A DNA stretch of 64,000 nucleotides from Minisyncoccia bacterium (GTDB lineage Bacteria > Patescibacteriota > Minisyncoccia > UBA6257 > JAAZHW01): positions 65,339 to 129,338 of the forward strand of contig JBNASH010000036.1 in assembly GCA_049720475.1 (NCBI GenBank), read 5' to 3'. The position numbers and the translations under genes were made by a program. Of this stretch, positions 1-12,494 are shown piece by piece (position 1 is the stretch's first letter; each line of letters begins with the position of its first letter). The notes below the pieces were generated by a model, which had not been told where the DNA came from, did no database searches, and was given only the letters and a program-made list of their open reading frames with translations.

Positions 1-1
1 A

Positions 2-148
2 TTAGGGTATCGGATTAAAGAAGTTGGCATTCGTTGGATAAACGATCCTCATTCCAAAGTAAAAGCCTCTGCCTTTTTTGAAGTTTTAGCTGAAGTAATA
101 AAAATTCGTTTAAATATTTGGCGGAAGAAATACTCTTTGAATTAAATT
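2..148 (+). CDS. C-terminal fragment of a family 2 glycosyltransferase (dolichyl-phosphate mannosyltransferase-like); 5' partial
   Basis: Frame 2 is open from the window edge to TAA at 146-148. It translates to ...LGYRIKEVGIRWINDPHSKVKASAFFEVLAEVIKIRLNIWRKKYSLN, which resembles GT2 C-termini. Confidence 0.3.
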
Positions 149-1189
149 ATGAAAAAAAATCACAAACAAAATAATAAAAATAACAATTTGGAATACATTT
201 CCCAATTAAGACAAAACCCTATTTCTAAAGATTGGATTACTATTGCTTCGGTCCGCGCTAAAAGACCCGAGCAATTAATTGTTAAAAAACCAAAAAGAAT
301 TATTACTCCCAAAAACAAATGTCCTTTTGAAAATCCTCAAAAAACAGGTCACAAACCGCCAGAATTAATTAAATTTTTACCCAATCAAAAAGAATGGTTT
401 TTGCAAATTTTTGAAAATAAATACCCAGCCTTTCAACCTAAGGATGTTTCTATTTCCGAACAAAAAATCGGCCCCTATAAATTTATCAATGGCTATGGTT
501 ATCATGAGCTTTTAGTTTTAAGAGATCATTATAAACCTTTGGCCGATTATAGTGCAAAAGAAATTTTTATTATTCTTAAGGCTTTACAAGAGCGCTATTT
601 AGAAATTGCTCAAGATAAGAAAATAAAATATATTTCTATTTTTCACAATTGGGGTCCAACAGCCGGCGCCTCAATATATCATCCACATTTGCAAATTATT
701 GCTATCCCAGTTATTCCGCCCCACATTCAACATTCTTTAACAGGCAGTCATCGCTATTGGCTTAAAAATCGTCGGTGTGCCCATTGTGAGATTAACAAAT
801 TTGAAATTCAAAACAAAAAACGCATTCTTTTCCAAAATAACAATGCTGTTGCTTTTAGTCCTTTTATTTCTTTAGAACCATTTGCCTTAAGAATAATTTC
901 TTTAAAACACTTGCCATATTTTGAAGAAACACCGTCTAAAATTCTAATGGATATTGCTGAAATTTTGCGGAAAAGCTTGCAAATATTTAAAAATAGATTA
1001 AATGATCCCGATTATAATTTATTCATTCATACCGCTCCGACAATTGATAAAAGAAAATACCATTGCTACCATTGGCATATGGAAATTATTCCCAAAATTA
1101 ATATTTCAGCCGGCTTTGAATTGTCAACGGGTATCGAAATTACAACAGTTGATCCTGATGAGGGGGTAAGATATTTAAAGGGAAAATAA
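149..1189 (+). CDS. galactose-1-phosphate uridylyltransferase family protein (HIT superfamily)
   Basis: N-terminus WITIASVRAKRPEQ; a CPFENP motif; HxHxQ nucleotidyl-transfer motif (IYHPHLQIIAIP). Length 346 aa. Confidence 0.6.
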   Translation: MKKNHKQNNKNNNLEYISQLRQNPISKDWITIASVRAKRPEQLIVKKPKRIITPKNKCPFENPQKTGHKPPELIKFLPNQKEWFLQIFENKYPAFQPKDVSISEQKIGPYKFINGYGYHELLVLRDHYKPLADYSAKEIFIILKALQERYLEIAQDKKIKYISIFHNWGPTAGASIYHPHLQIIAIPVIPPHIQHSLTGSHRYWLKNRRCAHCEINKFEIQNKKRILFQNNNAVAFSPFISLEPFALRIISLKHLPYFEETPSKILMDIAEILRKSLQIFKNRLNDPDYNLFIHTAPTIDKRKYHCYHWHMEIIPKINISAGFELSTGIEITTVDPDEGVRYLKGK

Positions 1190-1192
1190 TCT

Positions 1193-1819
1193 ATGTTGAG
1201 TAAAATTTTATCATTAATAGCATCTTTTATTTTGGGATTTATTAAAAAAGGGGGATATGTAGGAATTTTTTTGTTAATGGCTTTGGAAAGTTGTAATATT
1301 CCGATTCCTTCAGAGATAATTATGCCTTTTTCCGGATTTCTAGCAACGCAAAAGGTTTTTAATCTATTTATGTTAGCATTAATTGGAGGTTTGGGAAATT
1401 TATTTGGTTCACTCATTTCCTATCTTATAGCTTTTAAACTGAAAGATAAAATTAAAAATTTTTTTATTAGATCCAAATTTTTTTCTCACGATTATCTTAC
1501 GGCAGAAAAATTTTTTGTTAAATATGGGGTAAAATCTATTTTTATTGGTCGTTTATTGCCAATTATTAGAACTTTTATTTCTTTTCCGGCCGGCAGTTTC
1601 GCCGTTAACCTTAAGAAATTTATTTTCTATACTTTTATAGGAGCATTTTTCTGGTCATATTTTTTAGCTTATTTGGGTTATTATTTAGGAGAACATTGGG
1701 ATATTCTGGGTCAGTATTTTCAAAAATTTGATTATTTAATTATTGGTCTTTTTGTTTTGTTTGTTTTTTATTATATAATTAGAAAGGTGAGGGAAATAAA
1801 AAAATTAAATGTCGAATAA
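1193..1819 (+). CDS. DedA / SNARE-associated family membrane protein
   Basis: GYVGIFLLMALESCNIPIPSEIIMPFSGFLA is typical of DedA; several TM helices. Confidence 0.65.
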   Translation: MLSKILSLIASFILGFIKKGGYVGIFLLMALESCNIPIPSEIIMPFSGFLATQKVFNLFMLALIGGLGNLFGSLISYLIAFKLKDKIKNFFIRSKFFSHDYLTAEKFFVKYGVKSIFIGRLLPIIRTFISFPAGSFAVNLKKFIFYTFIGAFFWSYFLAYLGYYLGEHWDILGQYFQKFDYLIIGLFVLFVFYYIIRKVREIKKLNVE

Positions 1820-1836
1820 AGATATAAAATAAAATT

Positions 1837-2802
1837 ATGAAATATAAAGTGGTTGTAACTCGTAAAATTCCCGAAGTGGGGATTGATCTTTTAAAAAAGG
1901 CCGGTTTTCAGGTGGTTGTTAATCCTTATGACCGAGTTTTAAAACGCGAGGAATTGAAAAAAATGGTTAAGGGCGCTCATGCAATTTTATCGCTTTTAAC
2001 CGATAAAATTGATGGTGAAATTTTAGATGCGGCTGGCCCCCAATTAAAAATAGTTGCTAATTATGCAGTGGGTTATGATAATTTTAAGCTGGAAGATTTT
2101 AAAGATAGAAAAATTTATGCAACTAATACCCCCGGCGTTTTAACCGAAACCGTTGCTGAGCATGCGATTGGAATGCTTTTTGCTATTGCCCAAAGAATAG
2201 TAGAGGCAGATGAATTTGTTCGGCAAGGAAAATTTGAGGGGTGGGGACCGATGTTGTTTTTGGGTGCTGATGTTAGAAATAAAACTTTAGGAATTGTTGG
2301 TTTGGGTCGAATTGGTGCTGAAGTGGCGAAAAGAATGCGCGATGGTTTTGGTTTGTCAATTATTTATTACGATGTAAAAAGAAACTTAGAATTGGAAAAA
2401 GAATTAAAAATAAAATATGCGCCATTTAAGCAATTGTTAAAGAAATCTGATTTTATCAGTATTCATGTTCCGCTTTTACCAACTACACACCACATGTTTA
2501 CGCTTAAAGAATTTAAGTTAATGAAAAAAACAGCTTATATCATTAATACGGCTCGAGGAGCGGTAATAAAAGAAAAAGATTTGGTAGTTGCGTTAAAGAA
2601 AAAAATAATTGCCGGCGCTGCTTTGGATGTTTATGAATTTGAACCCAAAATAACACCTGAATTGTTAAAATTGCCCAATACAGTCCTTTTGCCTCATATT
2701 GCTTCAGCTAGTATTGAAACTCGGTCAAAAATGGCAGAAATGGCGGCTAATAATATCATTGCGGTGTTAAAAGGAAAAAAACCATTAAATCCAATTTTTT
2801 AA
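1837..2802 (+). CDS. D-isomer-specific 2-hydroxyacid dehydrogenase (glyoxylate / hydroxypyruvate reductase-like)
   Basis: NAD-binding GIVGLGRIGAEVAKR; catalytic-region residues consistent with the family (ARG..I..KDL, LDV...EP); 321 aa. Confidence 0.8.
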   Translation: MKYKVVVTRKIPEVGIDLLKKAGFQVVVNPYDRVLKREELKKMVKGAHAILSLLTDKIDGEILDAAGPQLKIVANYAVGYDNFKLEDFKDRKIYATNTPGVLTETVAEHAIGMLFAIAQRIVEADEFVRQGKFEGWGPMLFLGADVRNKTLGIVGLGRIGAEVAKRMRDGFGLSIIYYDVKRNLELEKELKIKYAPFKQLLKKSDFISIHVPLLPTTHHMFTLKEFKLMKKTAYIINTARGAVIKEKDLVVALKKKIIAGAALDVYEFEPKITPELLKLPNTVLLPHIASASIETRSKMAEMAANNIIAVLKGKKPLNPIF

Positions 2803-2904
2803 GGTAATTTTTGTTATCCACAGAAAATGTTTTAAAACCAAGATTTTTAATTTATAATAAAAATAAGCCTATAAAAGGTCGATTAACAATAATCATTTAA
2901 AAAT

Positions 2905-3588
2905 ATGGTCGTTCAATCTTGGGCAGATATTTTGGTCAGTTCATTCCAAACCTGGTGGAATGTCTTCGTTAATTTTTTACCAAACTTTTTAGGTGCTTTA
3001 ATTGTTTTTCTGATTGGGTTAATTATTGCCGCCGGTTTGGCTGCTTTAGTGGCTAAAATAATTGCTGCCATCAAATTAGATAAACTTCTTGAAAAATTAG
3101 GAGTGGGTAAATTCTGTGAGAGAGCAGGTTGGACTTTAAATTCAGCTAAATTCTTAGGTGAAATTGTTCGATGGTTCTTTATTTTAGTATTTTTGTTGGC
3201 AGCAACTGATATTTTGAAATTGCAAGCCATCAGCAGCTTCTTGAAAGATGTTTTGCTTTACTTGCCAAACATTATTATCGCTATTGTGATTATGTTAGCG
3301 GCAATAGTTGTTGGCGATTTCTTGGCAGGTTTGGTGAAAGGAACTGTGAAGGGTGCTAATCTGTATGCTTCGAAATTCTTGTCTTCTTTGACTCGTTGGG
3401 TAATTTTGATTTTTGGATTTTTGACCGCTTTGATTCAATTAGGAGTGGGCGTAGCAATTATTAATACCGTTATCACTGGTATCATTGCTATGCTTGCGAT
3501 TGCTGGTGGTATTGCTTTTGGTTTGGGAGGAAAAGAATATGCTTCGCATCTCATTAATGAATTTAGAAATAAAGTAGAAGAAAAGTAA
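2905..3588 (+). CDS. integral membrane protein with repeated conserved TM-helix segments
   Basis: Hydrophobic 227-aa protein with repeated (I/L)GLII..G(L/I)A blocks. The antisense ORF 2913..3230 is judged spurious. Confidence 0.4.
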   Translation: MVVQSWADILVSSFQTWWNVFVNFLPNFLGALIVFLIGLIIAAGLAALVAKIIAAIKLDKLLEKLGVGKFCERAGWTLNSAKFLGEIVRWFFILVFLLAATDILKLQAISSFLKDVLLYLPNIIIAIVIMLAAIVVGDFLAGLVKGTVKGANLYASKFLSSLTRWVILIFGFLTALIQLGVGVAIINTVITGIIAMLAIAGGIAFGLGGKEYASHLINEFRNKVEEK

Positions 3589-3600
3589 ATATAAAATAAA

Positions 3601-3637
3601 GAAAGTCCCGCTCTTGATTTAAAGAGCGGGACTTTCT
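3601..3637. terminator. long hairpin downstream of the membrane-protein gene
   Basis: gaaagtcccgctctt-gattt-aagagcgggactttc forms a 15-16 bp stem. The U-tract on the plus strand is weak; the flank is A/T-rich. Confidence 0.45.
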
Positions 3638-3647
3638 AACTTAACTA

Positions 3648-3676
3648 TTGACTTTAAAAAATTTATTTGTTAAAAT
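3648..3676 (+). promoter_or_regulatory. sigma70-like promoter P1 upstream of the rRNA unit (TTGACT-17-TAAAAT)
   Basis: ttgact at 3648-3653, a 17-nt spacer, then taaaat at 3671-3676. Confidence 0.5.
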
Positions 3677-3812
3677 ACTCTCACAAAAAAAACAATGCGT
3701 AATCTTTTTAAACTATTTATAAAAATTCAAGGAAGCTGATAATTGAAAAGGGGAATTTTTATGCTAAAATCCGCTTCCTTGAAAAGAGCGGATTTTTTAA
3801 AAAATAAATAGG

Positions 3813-3841
3813 TTGACAATCGAGAGATAGACAAATAATAT
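3813..3841 (+). promoter_or_regulatory. sigma70-like promoter P2 upstream of 23S rRNA (TTGACA-17-TAATAT)
   Basis: ttgaca at 3813-3818, a 17-nt spacer, then taatat at 3836-3841. This gives the tandem P1/P2 arrangement typical of rRNA operons. Confidence 0.55.
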
Positions 3842-3919
3842 TTGTTTAATCTCGGTTGTTAACAAAAAACAACCGCGCACATTAAAAATAAAAAGGGTAT
3901 AATGAAGCATTTTTTATCG

Positions 3920-7061
<3,142 letters not shown>

Positions 7062-7108
7062 ATAAAAAATGCTTCATTAAAACCTTTTAAATTTTCTAAG
7101 CAAAGACT

Positions 7109-7224
7109 TCTCGGTGATTTAGTCCATTGTGTACCACCTCTTCCCATTCCGAACAGAGAAGTGAAAGCAATGGACGCCGATGGTACTCACCCGAACACGG
7201 TGGGAAGAGTAGGCTTCGCCGAGA
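7109..7224 (+). rRNA. rrf: 5S ribosomal RNA
   Basis: tctcggtg...ccgaacagagaagtgaaag...gccgatggtactc...cgccgaga contains the conserved 5S loop C motif. It is flanked by a processing stem ctaagcaaagac / gtctttgcttag. Confidence 0.85.
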
Positions 7225-7243
7225 GCTCTTTGCTTAGAAGAAA

Positions 7244-7275
7244 AAAAGAGCCTGTTAAGCAGGCTCTTTTTGTTG
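7244..7275. terminator. rho-independent terminator after 5S, bidirectional (also follows the minus-strand Fic-like gene)
   Basis: aaagagcctg-ttaa-gcaggctcttt followed by tttgttg; on the minus strand it is followed by a T-run (aaaaaaa on the plus strand). Confidence 0.7.
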
Positions 7276-7911
7276 ATTAATTTTTTTAAGAAATAATTCG
7301 TATAGTAGTTGAGGATCTTGAGCAATAAAAGCTCCCAAGTATTCGGGTTTTTCGTTGTAAGTAATTACGAAAGGTGGTAGGTAAAAATATTTTAGAAGAT
7401 AGAAGAGCAATGCTCTATTAACGCGTCCGTTGCAATTGTAGAAAGGGTTAACTATCCCGAAATGGTAGTGGAAATTGCTAATTAACTCTACTTTGTTTTC
7501 AAAATTATTTTCACATTTTCTCTTTTTTTGATACAAAAAAAGCATCTGGCATTTATTTAAAACTTTTATCAATTCCTCCATCTTTCGAGGAATTTTTTCT
7601 GGAGAAATCCCTCCTAATTCACCAATAAGAGGTGCGCCCTCTCGATATTTACCAGCCCATTCAGGATGATTTTTATTTGACCAAATTTCCGATTCTCTGA
7701 AAATTAATTCGTGTGTTTTTTTAATGTCTTCCTCAGTAATGAAAATTTCTTTTTCATCAGCGCGTTTTTCAAGATAGAGTATTGCTCCAACGTGCCCATC
7801 TTTTTTGTTTTTTTCGATTTCTTCTTTTATAACAGCGTAACTAGAACATCGATTATCAATCAACTCCGATTCATTAATAAATTTTGCCAAAAAATCAATT
7901 CTATCTATCAT
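7255..7911 (-). CDS. Fic (filamentation induced by cAMP) family protein with a degenerate active-site motif
   Basis: Fic-fold hallmarks THELIFRESEIWSNKNHPEWAGKYREG. The canonical HPFx(D/E)GNGRxxR motif reads NPFYNCNGRVNR instead. Confidence 0.5.
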   Translation of the reverse strand: MIDRIDFLAKFINESELIDNRCSSYAVIKEEIEKNKKDGHVGAILYLEKRADEKEIFITEEDIKKTHELIFRESEIWSNKNHPEWAGKYREGAPLIGELGGISPEKIPRKMEELIKVLNKCQMLFLYQKKRKCENNFENKVELISNFHYHFGIVNPFYNCNGRVNRALLFYLLKYFYLPPFVITYNEKPEYLGAFIAQDPQLLYELFLKKINQQKEPA

Positions 7912-8030
7912 TAATGCCCTCCTTATAAAAATTTAAAGATCTGTATTTATTATAGAGGAAATAAAAAGATTTTTAATAGAGTCCCTATTAAAAAGTTGAT
8001 TTTTCTATAACCGCTATTTGAAAATATTAA

Positions 8031-8058
8031 AAATCCCTCTATGTTGAGGGATTTTTTA
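8031..8058 (-). terminator. terminator downstream of tRNA-Ser on the minus strand
   Basis: atccctc-tatgtt-gagggat hairpin, followed on the minus strand by a U-run. Confidence 0.5.
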
Positions 8059-8061
8059 TAG

Positions 8062-8148
8062 CGGAAGGGGTGGGATTCGAACCCACGAGGCGCCTCATCA
8101 GCGCCAGAGTTTAGCAAACTCTTGCCTTAACCACTCGGCCACCCTTCC
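8062..8148 (-). tRNA. tRNA-Ser (anticodon GCU), long variable arm
   Basis: Reverse complement: GGAAGGG-T-GGCCGAGTGGTTAAGGC-A-AGAGT-TTGCTAA-ACTCT-GGCGCTGATGAGGCGCC-TCGTGGGTTCGAATCCCAC-CCCTTCC-G. Cloverleaf folds cleanly; anticodon GCT; CCA not encoded. Confidence 0.85.
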
Positions 8149-8218
8149 AAGTTAATCAAACTTTTCTATTATAACAAAAAATCTTTTTTTTTGCAAACAC
8201 GACCCTTTCGATTTATAA

Positions 8219-8863
8219 TTGATAATAATGTTTGAATATCATACTTTGGCAATTGTTCTCAAAAAAGAAGCGCTTAATGAAGCAGACGCTAATGTAATTT
8301 TATATACAAAAGAACTGGGTAAATTAGAAATAATAGCGAAAGGCATTAAAAAAACAATTTCTAAATTTGGTGGACATCTCGAACCACTTAATTTAATTGA
8401 GGCAACTATTATTGCTGTCAACAATAAACATTTAACCAGCGTTTTAACAGTTGATAATTTTTCTTTAATTCGGGAAGATTATTTGAAATTAGAAAATGCT
8501 TTAAAAATGATAGGAATTTTTAATGAAGCAATTGTTTCCTCTGAAAAAGATGAGTTCATTTGGGAAATTCTTTTAAATTATTTAAAAGAACTCAATGAGA
8601 CAATTATTCCCACCGAGGAAAAAAAGCAGTTTTTTATTCAGCTTTTAAATCTGCAATTTTTAATTAGATTAGGACGAAGTTTAGGCGTGTTGCCCGATAA
8701 GGAAGAATTAAGGGAATATTTTGATAAAAACACCGCTTCATTAATTATTTTTTTAAGCCAAAATTCTCCTCAAGACATCATTGAAAAATATGATATATCA
8801 AAATTGCAAAAAATAGATTATAATAAAATAGAGAAGTCAATTAAACAAAAAATTATTATTTAA
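8219..8863 (+). CDS. recO: DNA repair protein RecO
   Basis: N-terminal OB-fold signature HTLAIVLKKEALNEADANVILYTKELGKLEIIAKGIKK...FGGHLEPLNL. 214 aa. Confidence 0.65.
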   Translation: MIIMFEYHTLAIVLKKEALNEADANVILYTKELGKLEIIAKGIKKTISKFGGHLEPLNLIEATIIAVNNKHLTSVLTVDNFSLIREDYLKLENALKMIGIFNEAIVSSEKDEFIWEILLNYLKELNETIIPTEEKKQFFIQLLNLQFLIRLGRSLGVLPDKEELREYFDKNTASLIIFLSQNSPQDIIEKYDISKLQKIDYNKIEKSIKQKIII

Positions 8864-8865
8864 AT

Positions 8866-10776
8866 ATGGCTTTAAAGGATATTGAAGAAAGACTTTATAA
8901 AATGAAAGAGGGGAGTCCTCTGGAGGAAGAGGAAGAGGTGCCGGTATTTTCAAGAGAAGAAATAACTGAAGAAAAAACGCCGAAAAAAATTGTTGAAGTT
9001 GAAGAGGTGCGACCCAAAAGACCTCCCATTAATTTTTATCAAAAATCAAGCAAGAAAAGTATTGTATATTACATAATTATTGCAATTCTTTTTGGGGCGT
9101 TATTGTTTGAAGGATATTTGCTTGGTCAAAAACTTTCTTCTCAAAAAACCGGCATTCAAATAAATATTAATAGTGCGGATAATGTTTTAGTGGGAGAGGT
9201 TTTTCCTCTTGATGTTGTTTATAAAAATGATTCGGCCAATTTATTACAAAATACGGATTTAATTGTTGAATTGCCAAATAATATTAAAATTTTGGGGATG
9301 GAAAATAATGGGCAAATTTATAAAAAAACACTGGGTGATTTAGGAACAGGAACAAATAATGTTGAGCGATTATATTTGGTAGCAATGGGAACACCCAACC
9401 GCATTGATAATATTAAAGCAACTCTTCAATATAACATCGCTGGTTTTAGTGGCCGATTTGAAAAATCTAAAGTTCAAACAATTACTATTGGCGGCCCCAT
9501 TATTGATTACAGTCTTTCTGTTCCTGAGAAAATTGTCAGCGGTGAGGAATTTACTATAAAACTCACTTTTAAAAACAATTCTAATCAATCAATTCCACAA
9601 TTGCGACTCCAACTTTATTATCCATTAGGGTTTACTTTTACGAGTGCTGATATTAATCCGGTGGAAGGAAATAATTTATGGATTTGGGGTGACTTGCAAC
9701 CGTATCAAAGTGGAGAGATTAATGTTAGAGGAATCATTGTGGGCGAGGTGGGAACTTATTATGAAATAGGTTTGGAAGCTAGTCTTATCTCCCAGGATCA
9801 GCCGATTGTTTTTGATAAAAAAACAACCTCTGTTAGCATTTTAAAAGCACCTTTAAATTTAGCTATCTATGTAAATAACAGCCGAGATTATATTGCTCGA
9901 AATGGTGAGATGCTTGAATACCGGATTGATTATCAGAATAACACCGAAATTGCTTTAAGTGAGGTTATTATTAAAGCCGAATTAGAAGGCGCTATGTTTA
10001 ATTATCAAAGCGTTATGACGAATGGTTATTTTGATTCTCTAAAAAAACAGATTATTTGGAATGCGGGTAATACTCCTGATTTGAAATTAGTAGATAGAGG
10101 TAAAGGTGGTTCTGTGACTTTTAAAATATTTACTACTTCTGATTATCCCGCGAGAAGTTTTAAAGATAAAGGGCAGACTCTTAAAGTTAAAGCAACCATT
10201 GAATCACCATCAGTACCTCCAAAGAGTAATTTAACTAGTACAACTGCCGTGGCGCAAATAACAACCAAAATTTTGGGCAGGGTTGATTTTCAGTATTATG
10301 CTCTGTTTAGAGATGCTGCTTCGGGGATTGTCAATAAAGGCAGTTTGCCGTTAAAAGTAGGAAAAACTACTAATTTTACTATTCATTGGAAAATTATAAA
10401 TTACAACAATGATTTGAGCGAGGTAACGATTAAAACTATTTTGCCGCAAGGTATCTCTTGGACTAATGTTATTGCTGGCAATTATGGCGATTTGAAACCA
10501 GAATATAATGAGCGAACCAGCGAACTTGTTTGGCGCATTAAAGAAGTGCCTGCTTTTTCTGGTATTTTAATGCCTCCTTATGAATTAATTTTTCAAGTGG
10601 CAGCCACACCCTCAATTAATCAGGTTGGTAGTTATATGGAGTTAATAAAAGAAACGACTTTTTCCGCAACTGATAAATTTACCGGCCAAACAATTGAGCT
10701 GAAAGCCAATCCTATTACTACGGAATTGCGTTCTGATCCAACAGTACAATTTGGAGAAGGTAAGGTGCAGTATTAA
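8866..10776 (+). CDS. large membrane-anchored surface protein with repeated beta-rich domains
   Basis: Acidic N-terminal cytoplasmic segment, a single TM helix (IVYYIIIAILFGALLF), then about 540 aa of repeated roughly 110-aa modules rich in N, T, G and I. Confidence 0.4.
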   Translation: MALKDIEERLYKMKEGSPLEEEEEVPVFSREEITEEKTPKKIVEVEEVRPKRPPINFYQKSSKKSIVYYIIIAILFGALLFEGYLLGQKLSSQKTGIQININSADNVLVGEVFPLDVVYKNDSANLLQNTDLIVELPNNIKILGMENNGQIYKKTLGDLGTGTNNVERLYLVAMGTPNRIDNIKATLQYNIAGFSGRFEKSKVQTITIGGPIIDYSLSVPEKIVSGEEFTIKLTFKNNSNQSIPQLRLQLYYPLGFTFTSADINPVEGNNLWIWGDLQPYQSGEINVRGIIVGEVGTYYEIGLEASLISQDQPIVFDKKTTSVSILKAPLNLAIYVNNSRDYIARNGEMLEYRIDYQNNTEIALSEVIIKAELEGAMFNYQSVMTNGYFDSLKKQIIWNAGNTPDLKLVDRGKGGSVTFKIFTTSDYPARSFKDKGQTLKVKATIESPSVPPKSNLTSTTAVAQITTKILGRVDFQYYALFRDAASGIVNKGSLPLKVGKTTNFTIHWKIINYNNDLSEVTIKTILPQGISWTNVIAGNYGDLKPEYNERTSELVWRIKEVPAFSGILMPPYELIFQVAATPSINQVGSYMELIKETTFSATDKFTGQTIELKANPITTELRSDPTVQFGEGKVQY

Positions 10777-10895
10777 ATTTAGCAACCTTTTTATTAATTT
10801 AAAAACAGGTTGTAGGTGGACCAATTGATAAGTTAAAAGCTTACAAAGTAAATAAGAATATAATTGTTTTTTGATTTATTTTTTTTATAATAAAA

Positions 10896-12248
10896 TTGAT
10901 GAGTGAAAAAAATACAGAGAACAATCTAATGGATAAAATTATTAGTTTGGCCAAGAGGCGCGGGTTTATTTTTCCATCTTCAGAAATTTATGGTGGTTTT
11001 TCAAGTTCTTATGATTATGGACCCCTGGGAGTAGAATTAAAAAATAATATTAAGCGTGCCTGGTGGAAAGAAATGCTTCAAAAACAAAATAATATTGTCG
11101 GCTTAGATAGCGCCATTTTAATGTCGCCAAAAATTTGGCAAGCCTCTGGCCATTTATCAGCTGGTTTTGCTGATTCTTTGGTTGAATGTACCAAATGTCA
11201 TCATCGTTTTCGCGAGGATAATGTGGTAGATAATAAATGTCCTGATTGTGGTGGTGAATTGATGCCGCCAAGAAAATTTAATTTAATGATGAAAACTTTT
11301 GTTGGGCCGGTGGAAGATGAGGCGGCAATTACTTATTTACGAGCGGAAACTTGCCAAGGAATTTATATGAATTATGAAAATGTTTTGAATTCGATGCGAT
11401 TAAAAATTCCTTTTGGTATTGCCCAAATTGGAAAGGCATTTCGCAATGAAATCAACCCCGGTAATTTTACTTATCGCATGCGAGAATTTGAACAAATGGA
11501 AATGCAATTTTTTGTTCATCCTTCAGAAGCAGATAAATGGTTTGAGTATTGGGTCCAACAACGTTTAAACTGGTACATTTCTTTAGGAATTAAAAAAGAA
11601 AATTTAAGATTACATCAGCAAACAAAAGAAGAATTAGCGCATTATGCCAGAGCCGCTGTGGATATTGAATATAAATTCCCATTTGGTTGGAAAGAAATTG
11701 AGGGTATTCATAATCGTGGCGATTGGGATTTATCAAATCATTCAAAATATTCAGGCCACGAATTGGTTTATTATGATGAAAAATCCAAGGAAAAATTTAT
11801 TCCTTACATTATTGAAACGTCCGCTGGTGCCGATCGAAGCGCCTTGGTTTTTTTGATTGATGCTTATGAAGAGATTGTGGGTGGTCGGACTCAAACTACC
11901 GAAGCAACAAAAGAAGTAGAAGTTGTTTTGAAGTTTCATCCTTTTATCGCACCAGTGAAAGTGGCAATTTTCCCGTTATTAAAAAATAAAGAAAATCTAA
12001 CTACTTTAGCTAAAGAAATTTATAAAAAATTAAAATTGCATTTTATCGTTCAATATGATGAAGTTGATTCGATTGGTCGCAGATATCGCCGCCAAGATGA
12101 AATTGGGACACCATTTTGTGTTACTGTTGATTTTCAAAGTTTGGAAGATCAAACTGTAACTGTAAGAGATCGAGATACTTTAGCACAAGAAAGAGTAAAA
12201 ATTGATAATCTCATTAATTATCTTAAAGAAAAAATCGAGACCTTTTAA
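10896..12248 (+). CDS. glyQS: glycyl-tRNA synthetase (class II, dimeric GlyQS type)
   Basis: RRGFIFPSSEIYGGFSSSYDYGPLGVELKNNIK, and the motif 2/3 regions (FRNEINPGNFTYRMREFEQMEMQFF; GADRS). 450 aa. Confidence 0.85.
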   Translation: MMSEKNTENNLMDKIISLAKRRGFIFPSSEIYGGFSSSYDYGPLGVELKNNIKRAWWKEMLQKQNNIVGLDSAILMSPKIWQASGHLSAGFADSLVECTKCHHRFREDNVVDNKCPDCGGELMPPRKFNLMMKTFVGPVEDEAAITYLRAETCQGIYMNYENVLNSMRLKIPFGIAQIGKAFRNEINPGNFTYRMREFEQMEMQFFVHPSEADKWFEYWVQQRLNWYISLGIKKENLRLHQQTKEELAHYARAAVDIEYKFPFGWKEIEGIHNRGDWDLSNHSKYSGHELVYYDEKSKEKFIPYIIETSAGADRSALVFLIDAYEEIVGGRTQTTEATKEVEVVLKFHPFIAPVKVAIFPLLKNKENLTTLAKEIYKKLKLHFIVQYDEVDSIGRRYRRQDEIGTPFCVTVDFQSLEDQTVTVRDRDTLAQERVKIDNLINYLKEKIETF

Positions 12249-12284
12249 TTTTAAAAATTAAAGGTCGGTTAAAATTTATAAAAT

Positions 12285-12494
12285 ATGGCAATTATTAAAA
12301 TTAGAAAAATTATTGGTACTTCGCCAAAAAGTTTTGAAGATGCCTTAAAAAATATTGTTGATTTTGTGGGAAAGGATAAATACAATTTAACTGGCGTAAA
12401 AATTGTTGATCAATCAGTGGCTTTGGAGAAGGGTAAAATTGTTGAGTACAAAATTGTGGCTGATGTCGCTTATAAATGGGAAGAGGAAAAATAA
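12285..12494 (+). CDS. dodecin family flavin-binding protein
   Basis: 69 aa; IIGTSPKSFEDALKNIV...VADVAYKW matches the dodecin signature. Confidence 0.55.
   Translation: MAIIKIRKIIGTSPKSFEDALKNIVDFVGKDKYNLTGVKIVDQSVALEKGKIVEYKIVADVAYKWEEEK

Noticed and set aside
2913-3230. A 105-aa minus-strand ORF.
   Set aside because: It is antisense to, and fully overlapped by, the 227-aa hydrophobic plus-strand ORF, which is the more protein-like of the two. Its composition looks like a translated antisense strand.
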